From a virus, in the IMG/VR virus record IMGVR_UViG_3300024264_000011, positions 1-64,000 of that record: a DNA stretch of 64,000 nucleotides. One strand, 5' to 3'. The notes under the pieces are model-generated. The model had not been told where the DNA came from, ran no database searches, and was given only the letters and a program-made list of their open reading frames with translations. Position 1 is the first letter of the stretch, and each line of letters starts with the position of its first letter. Positions 31,909 through 40,727 of the stretch are shown one piece after another. A program made the position numbers and the translations under genes.

Positions 31909-32181
31909 CTAGAACAAAACTCTTGGAGCTCCAGTCACTCTGAAGTGAAAACAGGTATCTGGTGCGCCAACAGTTGTCACTGGAGTGCCAGTAATTAAAA
32001 CTGTTGGAGATATAGTAGTTGTTACTGATACGTGAGTTGGTTTTTCGTCGTGTGGTGCTACTGGACTTCCAGCAACTGCTACTGGACTTCCAGCAACAAT
32101 CACATTGACTGCTTTAGTACCAATAATTGGAGCTCCATAAGAGTTAATGTCTCCAATTCTTGCAACTGGTCTAAATGACAT
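31909..32181 (-). CDS. gp5.4: PAAR spike-tip protein
   Basis: RPVARIGD...PH...H...TVGAPDTCFH...GAPRVLF. Confidence 0.85.
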   Translation of the reverse strand: MSFRPVARIGDINSYGAPIIGTKAVNVIVAGSPVAVAGSPVAPHDEKPTHVSVTTTISPTVLITGTPVTTVGAPDTCFHFRVTGAPRVLF

Positions 32182-32183
32182 GA

Positions 32184-35100
32184 TTAAACCTCCCTGAGTC
32201 TATCGATCCAATATTGTGAAATACTGAATCCTTTGTCATAACTAGTTATAATAGTTTCTCTTGGATTATCTGACGCTCCAAACTTCTTATCTTCATCTGG
32301 AGTATTATCAGAGTTTGTTGCAAAAATTTCTACTTCACCACTACCATTACCACCATTCTTATTGGCAACAAAAACATCACCAACAGCAGGTGTACCTTTA
32401 ATGTCATCCGTTAACTTTTTCCAATCAGTCGTTCCGATGTGAATAATTTTATATCTAACATCTTTACTAATTTCTTTGGCGGAAATTATTTGAACCTGAT
32501 CTGAAGAAGAACTTACAGCTTCTCTAACACAATTTTGGAATTTTCTATCAGTTTTACTATCATAATAGATAATTTCTTCACCAGAATATGAGAAATAAAC
32601 AGTATTATTACCAGTTTGATCGGTAACTATTTTTTTCTGATATTTTAGAATAGAAAGATATCCAGACTCCAAGAACCCTGATGTACTTTCTACTAAAATT
32701 TCAGTATCAGAACTTCCAATACTTCTTCTAATCTTAGCTAAAACTGGTTTGTCCATATATGGATTACCAAAGTTGGCAAGAGTTTCACCAATTAACTCAG
32801 TGAGTTCATTTAGTCTAAACCAGAACATTTTATAAAAATCTTGTTGATAACTTACATTCCTTTCCCATAGAACTCTTGGATATACAGTTGGAATTGGTGG
32901 TAAGATATCATCATCACTGCTACGATCTTTATAATCAAGATCTCTTAATTGTGGTGGTAATGAATTGTTTGTAGCTTCATAATACGCACCATCACCATAC
33001 TGTTCTGCTCTCTCACCAAAGTAAATATTATTCTTTGCATCTTTTGGACCAATTCTCCATCCGGCACTATAGTTACATCCTGATGATGAAATTCCAGCAG
33101 TATAACCAGGTTGTCCTTCTGTTCCTGATGATGGAGTTCCTGCAACAAATGAAGATGCTTGTGCAGTTACAGCACCTGTAGATGAAGTAATGGTATCTAA
33201 GTAACCCTCAGAATCTAAATTCACAGTGATTATAATAGAAGATGTAGATCCTCCTGCTGTTACTGTAGTAGTTTGTGTGGTAGCTCCACCAGTCCAAGTC
33301 AAACGTGGTTTAGATCTAAACACAAGTCTTGGTTGATTAATTGTAGTCTCTGGTGATAGATCAAGAACTGGATTCACAAACTTATCATCTGTAATAACTA
33401 AGTCCTCAATAAAATACTTACATCTATCCATTGATGGGGGTAATTCTCTATAAGAATCAGAAATATTAATTCTACCAGAATTATCAGAACCTTCAACCTG
33501 AGGTGGTAGATTCTCAATTTTTGTATCTGGTGTAGAATTTTTAATATTTCCAGTTCCAGATTTAATTTTATTTAAAATTGAGTCTTCATCACCAACTAAT
33601 CTATTATAATAGTCTTCACTTAAAAATGAAGATTGTGAAATAGTATTTGTTATAATTTCTTCAAATCTATCAACTACCTTATCAAAATCATCATATTTAC
33701 CTTGTTTTTTTCGCTGTCGTTCAACTTCTTCAATAGTACGTCTAATACATGCATCTTTGACGCCTTCATCAATAGTATTACCACCTTCACCCAAATCATC
33801 AAGTTCAAGTTCAGGAATATATGATTGGAAATACTCTAACCTAACATCATTTCTACAAATAGAGTCAAAAGTTATTGCAGATTTCAATCCCTTAAGTTCT
33901 GTCTTACAAAAATCACCGACAACTCCATACATTCTGATTATGTTAGAATCTTTTTTGTAATCTCTGTAAAATTTTCTTAGAAGATATCTTGGAATAGGAG
34001 AATTCGTAAGTCCAAAATATAGAGAAGCAATCTGATATATGATTGGTATCTCAATACTTGGTTTTCTCAACACATATACATCTTCAAAATCATAACCAGA
34101 AATTATTTGATTGTCTCTCCATATAGTAGTTGCAAGTACATATTCTCCAAGTTCATCAACATCAGTTTCTTCTTGACACTGAGCATCTGCAGCATAGAAG
34201 ATTGGACTATACTGAAGTTTTTTCTTACCACTTGAATAATATGTACCAACAACAGCAGATCTATTAATGACACCTTTACCCGCTCTAACAGTAATTTGTA
34301 TACCATCACCACTTGTATAATCGCCATCTGCAGTAAAATCACTACCAGATCCATTAATCTCTGCATAACAAAGAGTATGTTTGCTAATTCTATTCACAGA
34401 GTTATCTGCAAATCTTACTGATTTTGGACGATCACCTACGAGAGGTTTAGTAATAAAAATTCTATTTCCTGCAGTATCAACGGCAGTTATTTTAGTACCT
34501 TCAGAAATACTGTCATCATCAACTGGACCAAAAACCTGCATATCTTCTGCTAGATCAGCAACAGTGTCTAACTTTAACCAACCTTGAGTTCTTGAATATC
34601 CATCATCACTACCACCATATACATCTTTAAATGTATCCTTACTGACACCAGGTTGACTTAGATTCTTTGGTGAAGATGATGCAACTGTTCTCTTGAGAGC
34701 AATATCAACAACATAGTTAACAATATTGGTGATGGTATGACCATTGATAGTATCACCAATCTTCATTGGTCTACTTGTAGAACCAGACTTACTATTTGAT
34801 TTTTCCCCTAAAGATATTTTCCAACTACGCATGTACGTGTTAACATTATTATCCGCCTTAAACCAAACTTTAAACTTACTGGTTGATAATAATTGTATTC
34901 TAGACACAACTACATTACCACTATCTCGTAATCCAGATGCACTTAAACCAGATAAAAAAGAGATATTGATATCTGCAGGAGTACGAATATTAAATCCACT
35001 TACAGTAACTTCATAATGTTTTCTTGCATTGGAATTATCCCCACCACCGAGATCAGCAGGTGAAATTTCTTGAATTGTAAAACTGGTAGAAGAACTAGTT

Positions 35101-36428
35101 AAACTATTAGTTACATTTGCTGGGTCATTAAAAACATGATTAACAGTAGTTTCTACTGGATTAGTACCTTGCAAATTTTCTGGTTGATAATTAAAGAAAA
35201 TTTTATTATCATCAGTGCCACCATGATAAATTATTGGATCACCAATCTTACTTGTCAAATAAGACGACTTATTACTTTGCGTAGATGTTGCACTATAATT
35301 AGTAGTACCTTTAACAACTAAATTACCTTTATCATCAAACTTTGCAGTTACGCTAGAACCATTGGTATTAGTAACATTTAAATCAACTTGTGCGTTTGTA
35401 TCTGATCCGCCGCCATCATATAATATAATTCGAGTTCCATTATTTGTTACATCAAATCCACCAGCATTTCGAGTCAAATTCAACAAATAATCACCATCAG
35501 ATAATGTTACTGATGAACTAGTACTACCTTTTTCTCCACTCTGTGTAAAACTTACACCACTTCCATTCCATCCAATCGTACCAACAGCAACACCTGCAGT
35601 ATCTGGATCATCATCCCACTCAAATGAAATATTGATAGATGCTGAAATATCAGAAGGAACAGCAGAACCTGCTCCTTCATCACCATTAATTCTTCCTGTA
35701 GTCGGACTAAAACTTAGTTTTCTGTAATTATAATTCTCATCAATCCATAAAATTTCACTCTCAACTTTATCAAGTTCCGTAGTGCCAGTAAAGGTGACAC
35801 ATGGAGTAGCTACTGTATAAGTAGTTGATTGACCAGCGCCTTCTCCACACTCACAAACTGCTTGTTCTTCAAAAAATCCACAGACTTTCCGTGTTACTAC
35901 AGTATGATCTGTCGGCCAATTGAAGACATGTTGAAAATATTCCTCATCATATGTAATAAAAGGTCTACATTGAATCTCCCATCGCGGAACTTGATTCTTT
36001 AATTTCTCTACTTCATCAACATCTTGTTCATAATAATACTGACCAGATGTAATTGAATTGATATATGATTTATCTTCATCATCAACATAGTCATCGACTT
36101 CATTGATGTAATTATATCGGAAATATAATGGTTCTCTTTCCGCAAAAGTAATTGCTTTTATATCGTTACCGTAACTGTCTGTACCAGAAAAAGAGCTATT
36201 TTGGTTGCCAACTTCATTATGGTTGTAACGAATCAACCCACTAATGGTTTTTTCAGTGCCAGGAGTTGATGTACCCGCTACTGCTGGTGTATAACCTGAT
36301 TGACCTGGTGTACCAGATGCAGGTGTACCACAAGAAAAGTTTGGTGGGGGCGTATACGATATCGTACGCTCCCTATACTTACGTGTAGGTTTACAATTAT
36401 GAATCCTTGCTTTATCTTTCTTCGCCAT
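32184..36428 (-). CDS. Large virion structural protein (1414 aa)
   Basis: Upstream of PAAR/gp25; FEWDDDPDTAGVAV module; C-terminal ILVESTSGFLESG...EEIIYYDSKT motif also seen in gp7. Confidence 0.65.
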   Translation of the reverse strand: MAKKDKARIHNCKPTRKYRERTISYTPPPNFSCGTPASGTPGQSGYTPAVAGTSTPGTEKTISGLIRYNHNEVGNQNSSFSGTDSYGNDIKAITFAEREPLYFRYNYINEVDDYVDDEDKSYINSITSGQYYYEQDVDEVEKLKNQVPRWEIQCRPFITYDEEYFQHVFNWPTDHTVVTRKVCGFFEEQAVCECGEGAGQSTTYTVATPCVTFTGTTELDKVESEILWIDENYNYRKLSFSPTTGRINGDEGAGSAVPSDISASINISFEWDDDPDTAGVAVGTIGWNGSGVSFTQSGEKGSTSSSVTLSDGDYLLNLTRNAGGFDVTNNGTRIILYDGGGSDTNAQVDLNVTNTNGSSVTAKFDDKGNLVVKGTTNYSATSTQSNKSSYLTSKIGDPIIYHGGTDDNKIFFNYQPENLQGTNPVETTVNHVFNDPANVTNSLTSSSTSFTIQEISPADLGGGDNSNARKHYEVTVSGFNIRTPADINISFLSGLSASGLRDSGNVVVSRIQLLSTSKFKVWFKADNNVNTYMRSWKISLGEKSNSKSGSTSRPMKIGDTINGHTITNIVNYVVDIALKRTVASSSPKNLSQPGVSKDTFKDVYGGSDDGYSRTQGWLKLDTVADLAEDMQVFGPVDDDSISEGTKITAVDTAGNRIFITKPLVGDRPKSVRFADNSVNRISKHTLCYAEINGSGSDFTADGDYTSGDGIQITVRAGKGVINRSAVVGTYYSSGKKKLQYSPIFYAADAQCQEETDVDELGEYVLATTIWRDNQIISGYDFEDVYVLRKPSIEIPIIYQIASLYFGLTNSPIPRYLLRKFYRDYKKDSNIIRMYGVVGDFCKTELKGLKSAITFDSICRNDVRLEYFQSYIPELELDDLGEGGNTIDEGVKDACIRRTIEEVERQRKKQGKYDDFDKVVDRFEEIITNTISQSSFLSEDYYNRLVGDEDSILNKIKSGTGNIKNSTPDTKIENLPPQVEGSDNSGRINISDSYRELPPSMDRCKYFIEDLVITDDKFVNPVLDLSPETTINQPRLVFRSKPRLTWTGGATTQTTTVTAGGSTSSIIITVNLDSEGYLDTITSSTGAVTAQASSFVAGTPSSGTEGQPGYTAGISSSGCNYSAGWRIGPKDAKNNIYFGERAEQYGDGAYYEATNNSLPPQLRDLDYKDRSSDDDILPPIPTVYPRVLWERNVSYQQDFYKMFWFRLNELTELIGETLANFGNPYMDKPVLAKIRRSIGSSDTEILVESTSGFLESGYLSILKYQKKIVTDQTGNNTVYFSYSGEEIIYYDSKTDRKFQNCVREAVSSSSDQVQIISAKEISKDVRYKIIHIGTTDWKKLTDDIKGTPAVGDVFVANKNGGNGSGEVEIFATNSDNTPDEDKKFGASDNPRETIITSYDKGFSISQYWIDRLREV

Positions 36429-36450
36429 ATTTCAGAGAAATTCGCGCTGT

Positions 36451-36654
36451 TTACTCACCTATCTTATGTAGGCGGAGGCCTGGAAGGCCATTGTAGTCAT
36501 GATATTCCCACTCTAAAACATCCCCTTCTTCCCACTGCAGTTCATCGACAAGTGACGGGGGGATTGTTATAAAATATTCATCCTTGTCTGAATCATACTG
36601 AACTTCAGTACTAAATTCATTGATATTCATTTGATTGGTATTACAAGTCTTCAT
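36451..36654 (-). CDS. AbrB/MazE/SpoVT-like DNA-binding small protein
   Basis: YFITIPPSLVDELQWEEGDVLEW pattern. Confidence 0.6.
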   Translation of the reverse strand: MKTCNTNQMNINEFSTEVQYDSDKDEYFITIPPSLVDELQWEEGDVLEWEYHDYNGLPGLRLHKIGE

Positions 36655-36660
36655 TATATA

Positions 36661-36828
36661 TCAGTTTTCATACGTAGGATCGTTATATTTTAGATATTCT
36701 CTGAATATATGTTTCATCTCCCTCTGAGTCATTCCACAGTGTTCTGCAGCTAATGGTAGATTCATTGTTGCACAAAATAATCCTTCATTCGCTTCTTTCA
36801 CATTCTCGGGAGTCGTCTTTTTCGTCAT
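36661..36828 (-). CDS. Conserved small cyanophage protein (55 aa, HTH-like)
   Basis: Hand-translated MTKKTTPENVKEANEGLFCATMNLPLAAEHCGMTQREMKHIFREYLKY. Confidence 0.7.
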   Translation of the reverse strand: MTKKTTPENVKEANEGLFCATMNLPLAAEHCGMTQREMKHIFREYLKYNDPTYEN

Positions 36829-36967
36829 ATGCATAAGTGTAAAGTTCGTTTAAAATTTCTCGGAGTTCTTCATATTCTTTCATATAATCACCACGAAGTC
36901 TGCCAAAACTTTCCTTCTGATGTTTACGTACAATTGAAAATACTTCCTGCCATTGTCTCTGTGTCAT
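36785..36967 (-). CDS. Hypothetical protein
   Basis: 60-aa ORF, TAATG coupled to the upstream ORF. Confidence 0.55.
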   Translation of the reverse strand: MTQRQWQEVFSIVRKHQKESFGRLRGDYMKEYEELREILNELYTYAYDEKDDSRECERSE

Positions 36968-37122
36968 TACGTTAGTCTCACTCTGTAAAATTTGAGTTTT
37001 TGTACAAGTTCTTCATGATCTCCTCCAACTCTGATTCCTTCCCTAATCTGTGATTGGTGATACGATGGTAGTTTTTCGAGTGCTAGTAAAAGATGGTCTA
37101 CTTCCTGAAGTGAAAATTTCAT
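36967..37122 (-). CDS. Hypothetical protein (51 aa)
   Basis: Hand-translated MKFSLQEVDHLLLALEKLP...; stop/start overlaps at both ends. Confidence 0.6.
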   Translation of the reverse strand: MKFSLQEVDHLLLALEKLPSYHQSQIREGIRVGGDHEELVQKLKFYRVRLT

Positions 37123-37328
37123 TTGATACTATCGATGTTTTTGTAAAAAATTCTTGTCAGATTGTCGAGTGAATTGGACATTTGTCTATATCCAGTCCCG
37201 ACATAAATCTGACCGACCAGTACAGTTAAAGTCGCGGCTCCCCAGAACCAGTAATACCATCTCGTCTTTATTTGATGTCCTCTGATGTCATCTGGACTAT
37301 CTGTGTATATGTCAATGGAGTTTTTCAT
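37119..37328 (-). CDS. Small single-TM membrane protein
   Basis: IKTRWYYWFWGAATLTVLVGQIYVGTGY. Confidence 0.7.
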   Translation of the reverse strand: MKNSIDIYTDSPDDIRGHQIKTRWYYWFWGAATLTVLVGQIYVGTGYRQMSNSLDNLTRIFYKNIDSIK

Positions 37329-37483
37329 GGCAAAAGGTCTCTGAAGAGTTTTTTGGCTTGAGAATTTTTTTATATATGAGATATTGAGAGGTCGGATTTG
37401 GTCCGTTATAGATTAGGGTAGTGACCCGTTTTCGCTCACGGACGGGGGACCAGAGGCCAGGCCCTCCCGTTTCCTCTCTTGAC

Positions 37484-37723
37484 TCAGCCGGATGTCTTGA
37501 AGTAAGATGAGGCGTTGCCGGCGACGACTGAACGGGTCGCTGTCACAGCAGAGGGCGATGTCTGTCCTCGGCGGTTGGTGTTGGAGCGACTGCCCTTTGT
37601 CATGCTCATGGGTGTCTCTCCCTTACGTGGTCCACGTTGCTTGAGCACTGTGACCTTGACTGTCTTGCCGTTTGCCTGTAGGGCAGTGGCGATGTCGAGC
37701 AGGTTTTGAGTGGAGCTTGTCAT
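37484..37723 (-). CDS. Basic early hypothetical protein
   Basis: 79-aa ORF directly downstream of a TTGACG-17-TACAAT promoter. Confidence 0.65.
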   Translation of the reverse strand: MTSSTQNLLDIATALQANGKTVKVTVLKQRGPRKGETPMSMTKGSRSNTNRRGQTSPSAVTATRSVVAGNASSYFKTSG

Positions 37724-37745
37724 GTGTTTGGTTTCGTATGTGGCT

Positions 37746-37774
37746 ATTGTACAGGGTCAGGAGTCAGGCGTCAA
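37746..37774 (-). promoter_or_regulatory. Early sigma70-type promoter
   Basis: TTGACG-17-TACAAT; its 21-bp -10/leader (37731-37751) is repeated exactly at 38001-38021. Confidence 0.75.
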
Positions 37775-37991
37775 CCCCAAAGAGCAGGTCAGCGATCTGC
37801 TCTACCTGATCCACACCAGCACGGCACCACTTGTAAGCAGCACCGTTGTGTGGCACACACCAGACGACACAGGGTTCGCCGAATGCATCAGCAAGGCGGT
37901 AAGCGTGGTTGATGTCGGTTGCCCACTCACAACCCCACTCATCAAAGGTGCCGTAGGAAGCAGGTTGAACGGCGAAGTTTGAAGTGAGCAT
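37764..37991 (-). CDS. Early hypothetical protein
   Basis: NFAVQPASYGTFDEWGCEWATDINHAYRLA; downstream of the -10 at 38016-38021. Confidence 0.65.
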   Translation of the reverse strand: MLTSNFAVQPASYGTFDEWGCEWATDINHAYRLADAFGEPCVVWCVPHNGAAYKWCRAGVDQVEQIADLLFGVDA

Positions 37992-38015
37992 GTGTCCTTT
38001 GTTTCGTATGTGGCT

Positions 38016-38070
38016 ATTGTAGTCTCTAGCCCCCTCCTCTGAGAGGGCCGTTGTGCCAGTTCAGAAATCG
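38016..38070 (-). promoter_or_regulatory. Early promoter module (degenerate dyad)
   Basis: -10 TACAAT at 38016-38021; half-site tgtgcca at 38052-38058. Confidence 0.55.
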
Positions 38071-38222
38071 ATCTCGTCTGAGCGTCCATAAGCAGCAAGT
38101 CCTGTAGTCTGGTCTGGCATAGCACCTAGTTGCTGCAGCATGCTGAGATCCTCCAAACGTGTCAGCAGTTCGCTGGTGTCGGTGGCGTCACGAAGCAGGG
38201 CGATGAGTTGTTCTTTGTTCAT
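38061..38222 (-). CDS. Hypothetical protein (53 aa)
   Basis: Hand-translated MNKEQLIALLRDATDTSELL...DEIDF. Confidence 0.6.
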   Translation of the reverse strand: MNKEQLIALLRDATDTSELLTRLEDLSMLQQLGAMPDQTTGLAAYGRSDEIDF

Positions 38223-38257
38223 GGTGTTGTGTGAGTGAGTGAGTGGATGAGTAAGGG

Positions 38258-38395
38258 TTAGAAATTATCGTCATAATCGTTCTCTCTGATGTCATCTTCA
38301 GAGAGTTTGGGAGCATCATCGTCCCATCGTGGTTCCTCTTGTAGGAACACATCGGCGCAGTCTAAGTATGCGATCTCGTTGATTTCGTCGTTCAT
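38258..38395 (-). CDS. Small, highly acidic protein (45 aa)
   Basis: MNDEINEIAYLDCADVFLQEEPRWDDDAPKLSEDDIRENDYDDNF. Confidence 0.55.
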   Translation of the reverse strand: MNDEINEIAYLDCADVFLQEEPRWDDDAPKLSEDDIRENDYDDNF

Positions 38396-38437
38396 GTGAT
38401 TTAAAAGGATGATGTGATTAAGTGGGGGGATTGACCC

Positions 38438-38764
38438 CTATGCGAGACGCATACCGGAACGAAACTCAGTGGTGAAAAACTCTGTACCGTTCCACAATCT
38501 GATGAACCACTCAAAGTTTTTCTGGAATACACCCTCTCCAGTGACACCGTGTTCTGAAAGAATTGCATTCAAACGTGACTTAGTGGTGTTTGACTGATAA
38601 CCCCCATCATACAGTTTGATCGAATCGTCTGTGATTTCTGCGATCAGATTGTTGTGAAGATAGACAGAGGAGACACCCTCGACGGTCTCAACGCGAGTGT
38701 TTGCAGTTCTCCAGTCTGTACCCTCTGAGATTGCATTGTTCATGAGGGTTTCGATTTTACGCAT
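38438..38764 (-). CDS. Conserved early cyanophage protein, paralog 1
   Basis: MRKIETLMNNAI...DGGYQSNTTKSRLNAI...GVFQKNFEWFI. Confidence 0.8.
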   Translation of the reverse strand: MRKIETLMNNAISEGTDWRTANTRVETVEGVSSVYLHNNLIAEITDDSIKLYDGGYQSNTTKSRLNAILSEHGVTGEGVFQKNFEWFIRLWNGTEFFTTEFRSGMRLA

Positions 38765-38823
38765 GATGAAAGAAGAGAGAAGGTCTGAGAGGTGTGGTGA
38801 GGTGTGATCCCCTCCACTCCTTT

Positions 38824-38882
38824 AATATACACGATTTTAGGGGTCTGTGGGGGTTTAGTGGACACTTTGGTGAACTGTCCAC
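38824..38882 (-). promoter_or_regulatory. Early promoter + perfect dyad
   Basis: -10 TATATT at 38824-38829; GTGGACA-N11-TGTCCAC at 38858-38882. Confidence 0.75.
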
Positions 38883-38920
38883 CTCAGGATCGATTTCGCT
38901 ACATTTTGTGCAATACTGAT

Positions 38921-39052
38921 TTACCTTGATTTTTGAATCGTTGAATCATAGTAATTCATCATCTTACTATCACGTTCCGCAAGGAATAACAGATAGCAAG
39001 TCATACCCATGATAACACAGATTCCACTCAGTAAGTATTGCGTAACTCTCAT
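38921..39052 (-). CDS. Small membrane protein (43 aa)
   Basis: MRVTQYLLSGICVIMGMTCYLLFLAERDSKMM; ATGA overlap. Confidence 0.55.
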   Translation of the reverse strand: MRVTQYLLSGICVIMGMTCYLLFLAERDSKMMNYYDSTIQKSR

Positions 39053-39339
39053 TGTACCTCTACTAATTCTTGTTGATATGACATGAATTGCTCCTCTGTA
39101 ACCTCATCCACACACTCTTGAATCACCTGATAGATGTAATCAATGTTTCCAACATCATCAAAGATACGTCTAATCAATGCAGTATTTTCTACCTGATGAT
39201 CATAATCAACCTCACCATTTTCATCCTTTACATGTATATCATTCTTGGTATAAATCCATGCGGCACATTCTGCATCCTCCCCCTGTTGTGCAATCATTTC
39301 ATTCACACGGTCTTGGAGTTGTTTGAGAGTGTAGTTCAT
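39049..39339 (-). CDS. Conserved early hypothetical protein
   Basis: MNYTLKQLQDRVNEMIAQQGEDAECAAWIYTK. Confidence 0.7.
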   Translation of the reverse strand: MNYTLKQLQDRVNEMIAQQGEDAECAAWIYTKNDIHVKDENGEVDYDHQVENTALIRRIFDDVGNIDYIYQVIQECVDEVTEEQFMSYQQELVEVQ

Positions 39340-39376
39340 GAGTTTGTGTTAGATAGTGTGAATGGGTGAGTGTAAC

Positions 39377-39703
39377 TTAAGCAAACTCAGCGAATGTGTA
39401 ACCATCAACGAAATCATGGATGACTTTGTTGTCACGAATGAACCACTGAAAATCCTTCTGAAAGACACCATCAGTGAACGCACAACAGAACTCGTTGATG
39501 ATAGCGTTGAGACGTGATTTAGTTGTGTTTGATTGATACCCACCATCAAAGATGGTAACAAAGTCATCACCAACCTTTGCAATCAAGTTACCATGCAAAC
39601 GCACCTCAGACACACCGTCTTCAGTGGTAACACTAGTGTTTGCGTTAGTCCAGTTCTTGTTTGACTTGATCGCGTTGTTCATCTGGGTTTCGATCTTACG
39701 CAT
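39377..39703 (-). CDS. Conserved early cyanophage protein, paralog 2
   Basis: MRKIETQMNNAI...DGGYQSNTTKSRLNAI...GVFQKDFQWFI; same length (108 aa) as paralog 1. Confidence 0.8.
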   Translation of the reverse strand: MRKIETQMNNAIKSNKNWTNANTSVTTEDGVSEVRLHGNLIAKVGDDFVTIFDGGYQSNTTKSRLNAIINEFCCAFTDGVFQKDFQWFIRDNKVIHDFVDGYTFAEFA

Positions 39704-39731
39704 GGTTTGACTCCGTTTGGTTGATGTAGCT

Positions 39732-39789
39732 ACAATACACGATTTTGAGGTCAGTGACGAAACCGTGTGACACTAGTCTGACTGTCACA
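39732..39789 (-). promoter_or_regulatory. Early promoter + perfect dyad
   Basis: -10 TATTGT at 39732-39737; TGTGACA-N10-TGTCACA at 39766-39789. Confidence 0.72.
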
Positions 39790-39973
39790 GACCGTTCAGA
39801 TAGTCTGCAAGTTCCTGATCATACTGTTCTTTCGTGTCAAAGGTGCGACCATAGATGACACAGGGGAACGTCTTGTCGAGACCTGCAGACGCGACCATCT
39901 CGCAGTCTTGTCGATCGTATCCCATCTCGACAAGGGTGTTCACGTAGGGGTTGTTTGAAAGGGTTTTGTTCAT
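39785..39973 (-). CDS. Hypothetical protein (possibly leaderless mRNA)
   Basis: NPYVNTLVEMGYDRQDC; ATG only 6 nt downstream of the -10 box. Confidence 0.7.
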   Translation of the reverse strand: MNKTLSNNPYVNTLVEMGYDRQDCEMVASAGLDKTFPCVIYGRTFDTKEQYDQELADYLNGL

Positions 39974-39979
39974 GTAGCT

Positions 39980-40037
39980 ACAATACAGGATCAGGGGACG
40001 AAATCAATTGATCGTGGACGGTTCACCGATTGTCCAT
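39980..40037 (-). promoter_or_regulatory. Early promoter + dyad
   Basis: -10 TATTGT at 39980-39985; GTGGACG-N10-TGTCCAT at 40014-40037. Confidence 0.7.
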
Positions 40038-40241
40038 TCGTTTTACTCCGTGATTAACAAACTTCCATCCATCTTCGATCGCATCGATGCGAGACACATA
40101 ACTTTCGTACCGATTCATCATTTTAAAATGGTGTCTGGGTTCTTGGTTCCTGTTGACGGTAGTTTTATCGAAAATCCAGACGTTGTACCCATACTTTCCT
40201 TTTCTGACTAGAACAGGTGAAACAGAACCTTTTTTAATCAT
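40023..40241 (-). CDS. Hypothetical protein
   Basis: 72-aa ORF, stop lies inside the dyad spacer. Confidence 0.6.
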   Translation of the reverse strand: MIKKGSVSPVLVRKGKYGYNVWIFDKTTVNRNQEPRHHFKMMNRYESYVSRIDAIEDGWKFVNHGVKRMDNR

Positions 40242-40249
40242 GAGAACAA

Positions 40250-40607
40250 TTCAGTGATTTTTGATTGGACTGACTGATGACTCATAGTATAACTGGAGGA
40301 GTAGAACAGATTAAATCCCAATCATATTCACCTCTACGATATAACATTGACTCACTACGTATACCATACTTACTGTCTTGTTCTTTATACACATTCTCTA
40401 GAGATGGGAGGACTTGATTATACATCCAGTCCTTAGCATTATCATTTTGACCTTTCTGAAGATAACCGATTGTTGTCAATAAATCACTAATAGTTTGACG
40501 AAGATGTTCCTCATGAGTCTCAGGACCGACACCCATTTTGATCATGTAGTCTGACATAGTTTGAAATTCAGTTAAACAGTTCAGTGATTTTTGATTGGAC
40601 TGACTGA
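40250..40607. repeat. 28-bp exact direct repeat flanking one gene
   Basis: ttcagtgatttttgattggactgactga at 40250-40277 and 40580-40607. Confidence 0.9.
40282..40557 (-). CDS. Hypothetical protein (91 aa) between direct repeats
   Basis: Likely start MSDYMIKMGV at 40557. Confidence 0.6.
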   Translation of the reverse strand: MSDYMIKMGVGPETHEEHLRQTISDLLTTIGYLQKGQNDNAKDWMYNQVLPSLENVYKEQDSKYGIRSESMLYRRGEYDWDLICSTPPVIL

Positions 40608-40717
40608 GACAATTCGGTCTCAGTCTCTCCATGATCTTGATAGTCTGCAAGTGCATCGTAGATCGCATTCCACTCATCTTCAGTGAAAAACTCTTTGATG
40701 ATGTTGTACATTGACAT
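40568..40717 (-). CDS. Small acidic hypothetical protein
   Basis: MSMYNIIKEFFTEDEWNAIYDALADYQDHG. Confidence 0.65.
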   Translation of the reverse strand: MSMYNIIKEFFTEDEWNAIYDALADYQDHGETETELSQSVQSKITELFN

Positions 40718-40727
40718 TGTGTTTGAT

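Noticed and set aside
38858-39789. Dyads as canonical CRP or NtcA sites
   Set aside because: Half-site spacing does not fit TGTGA-N6-TCACA or GTA-N8-TAC.
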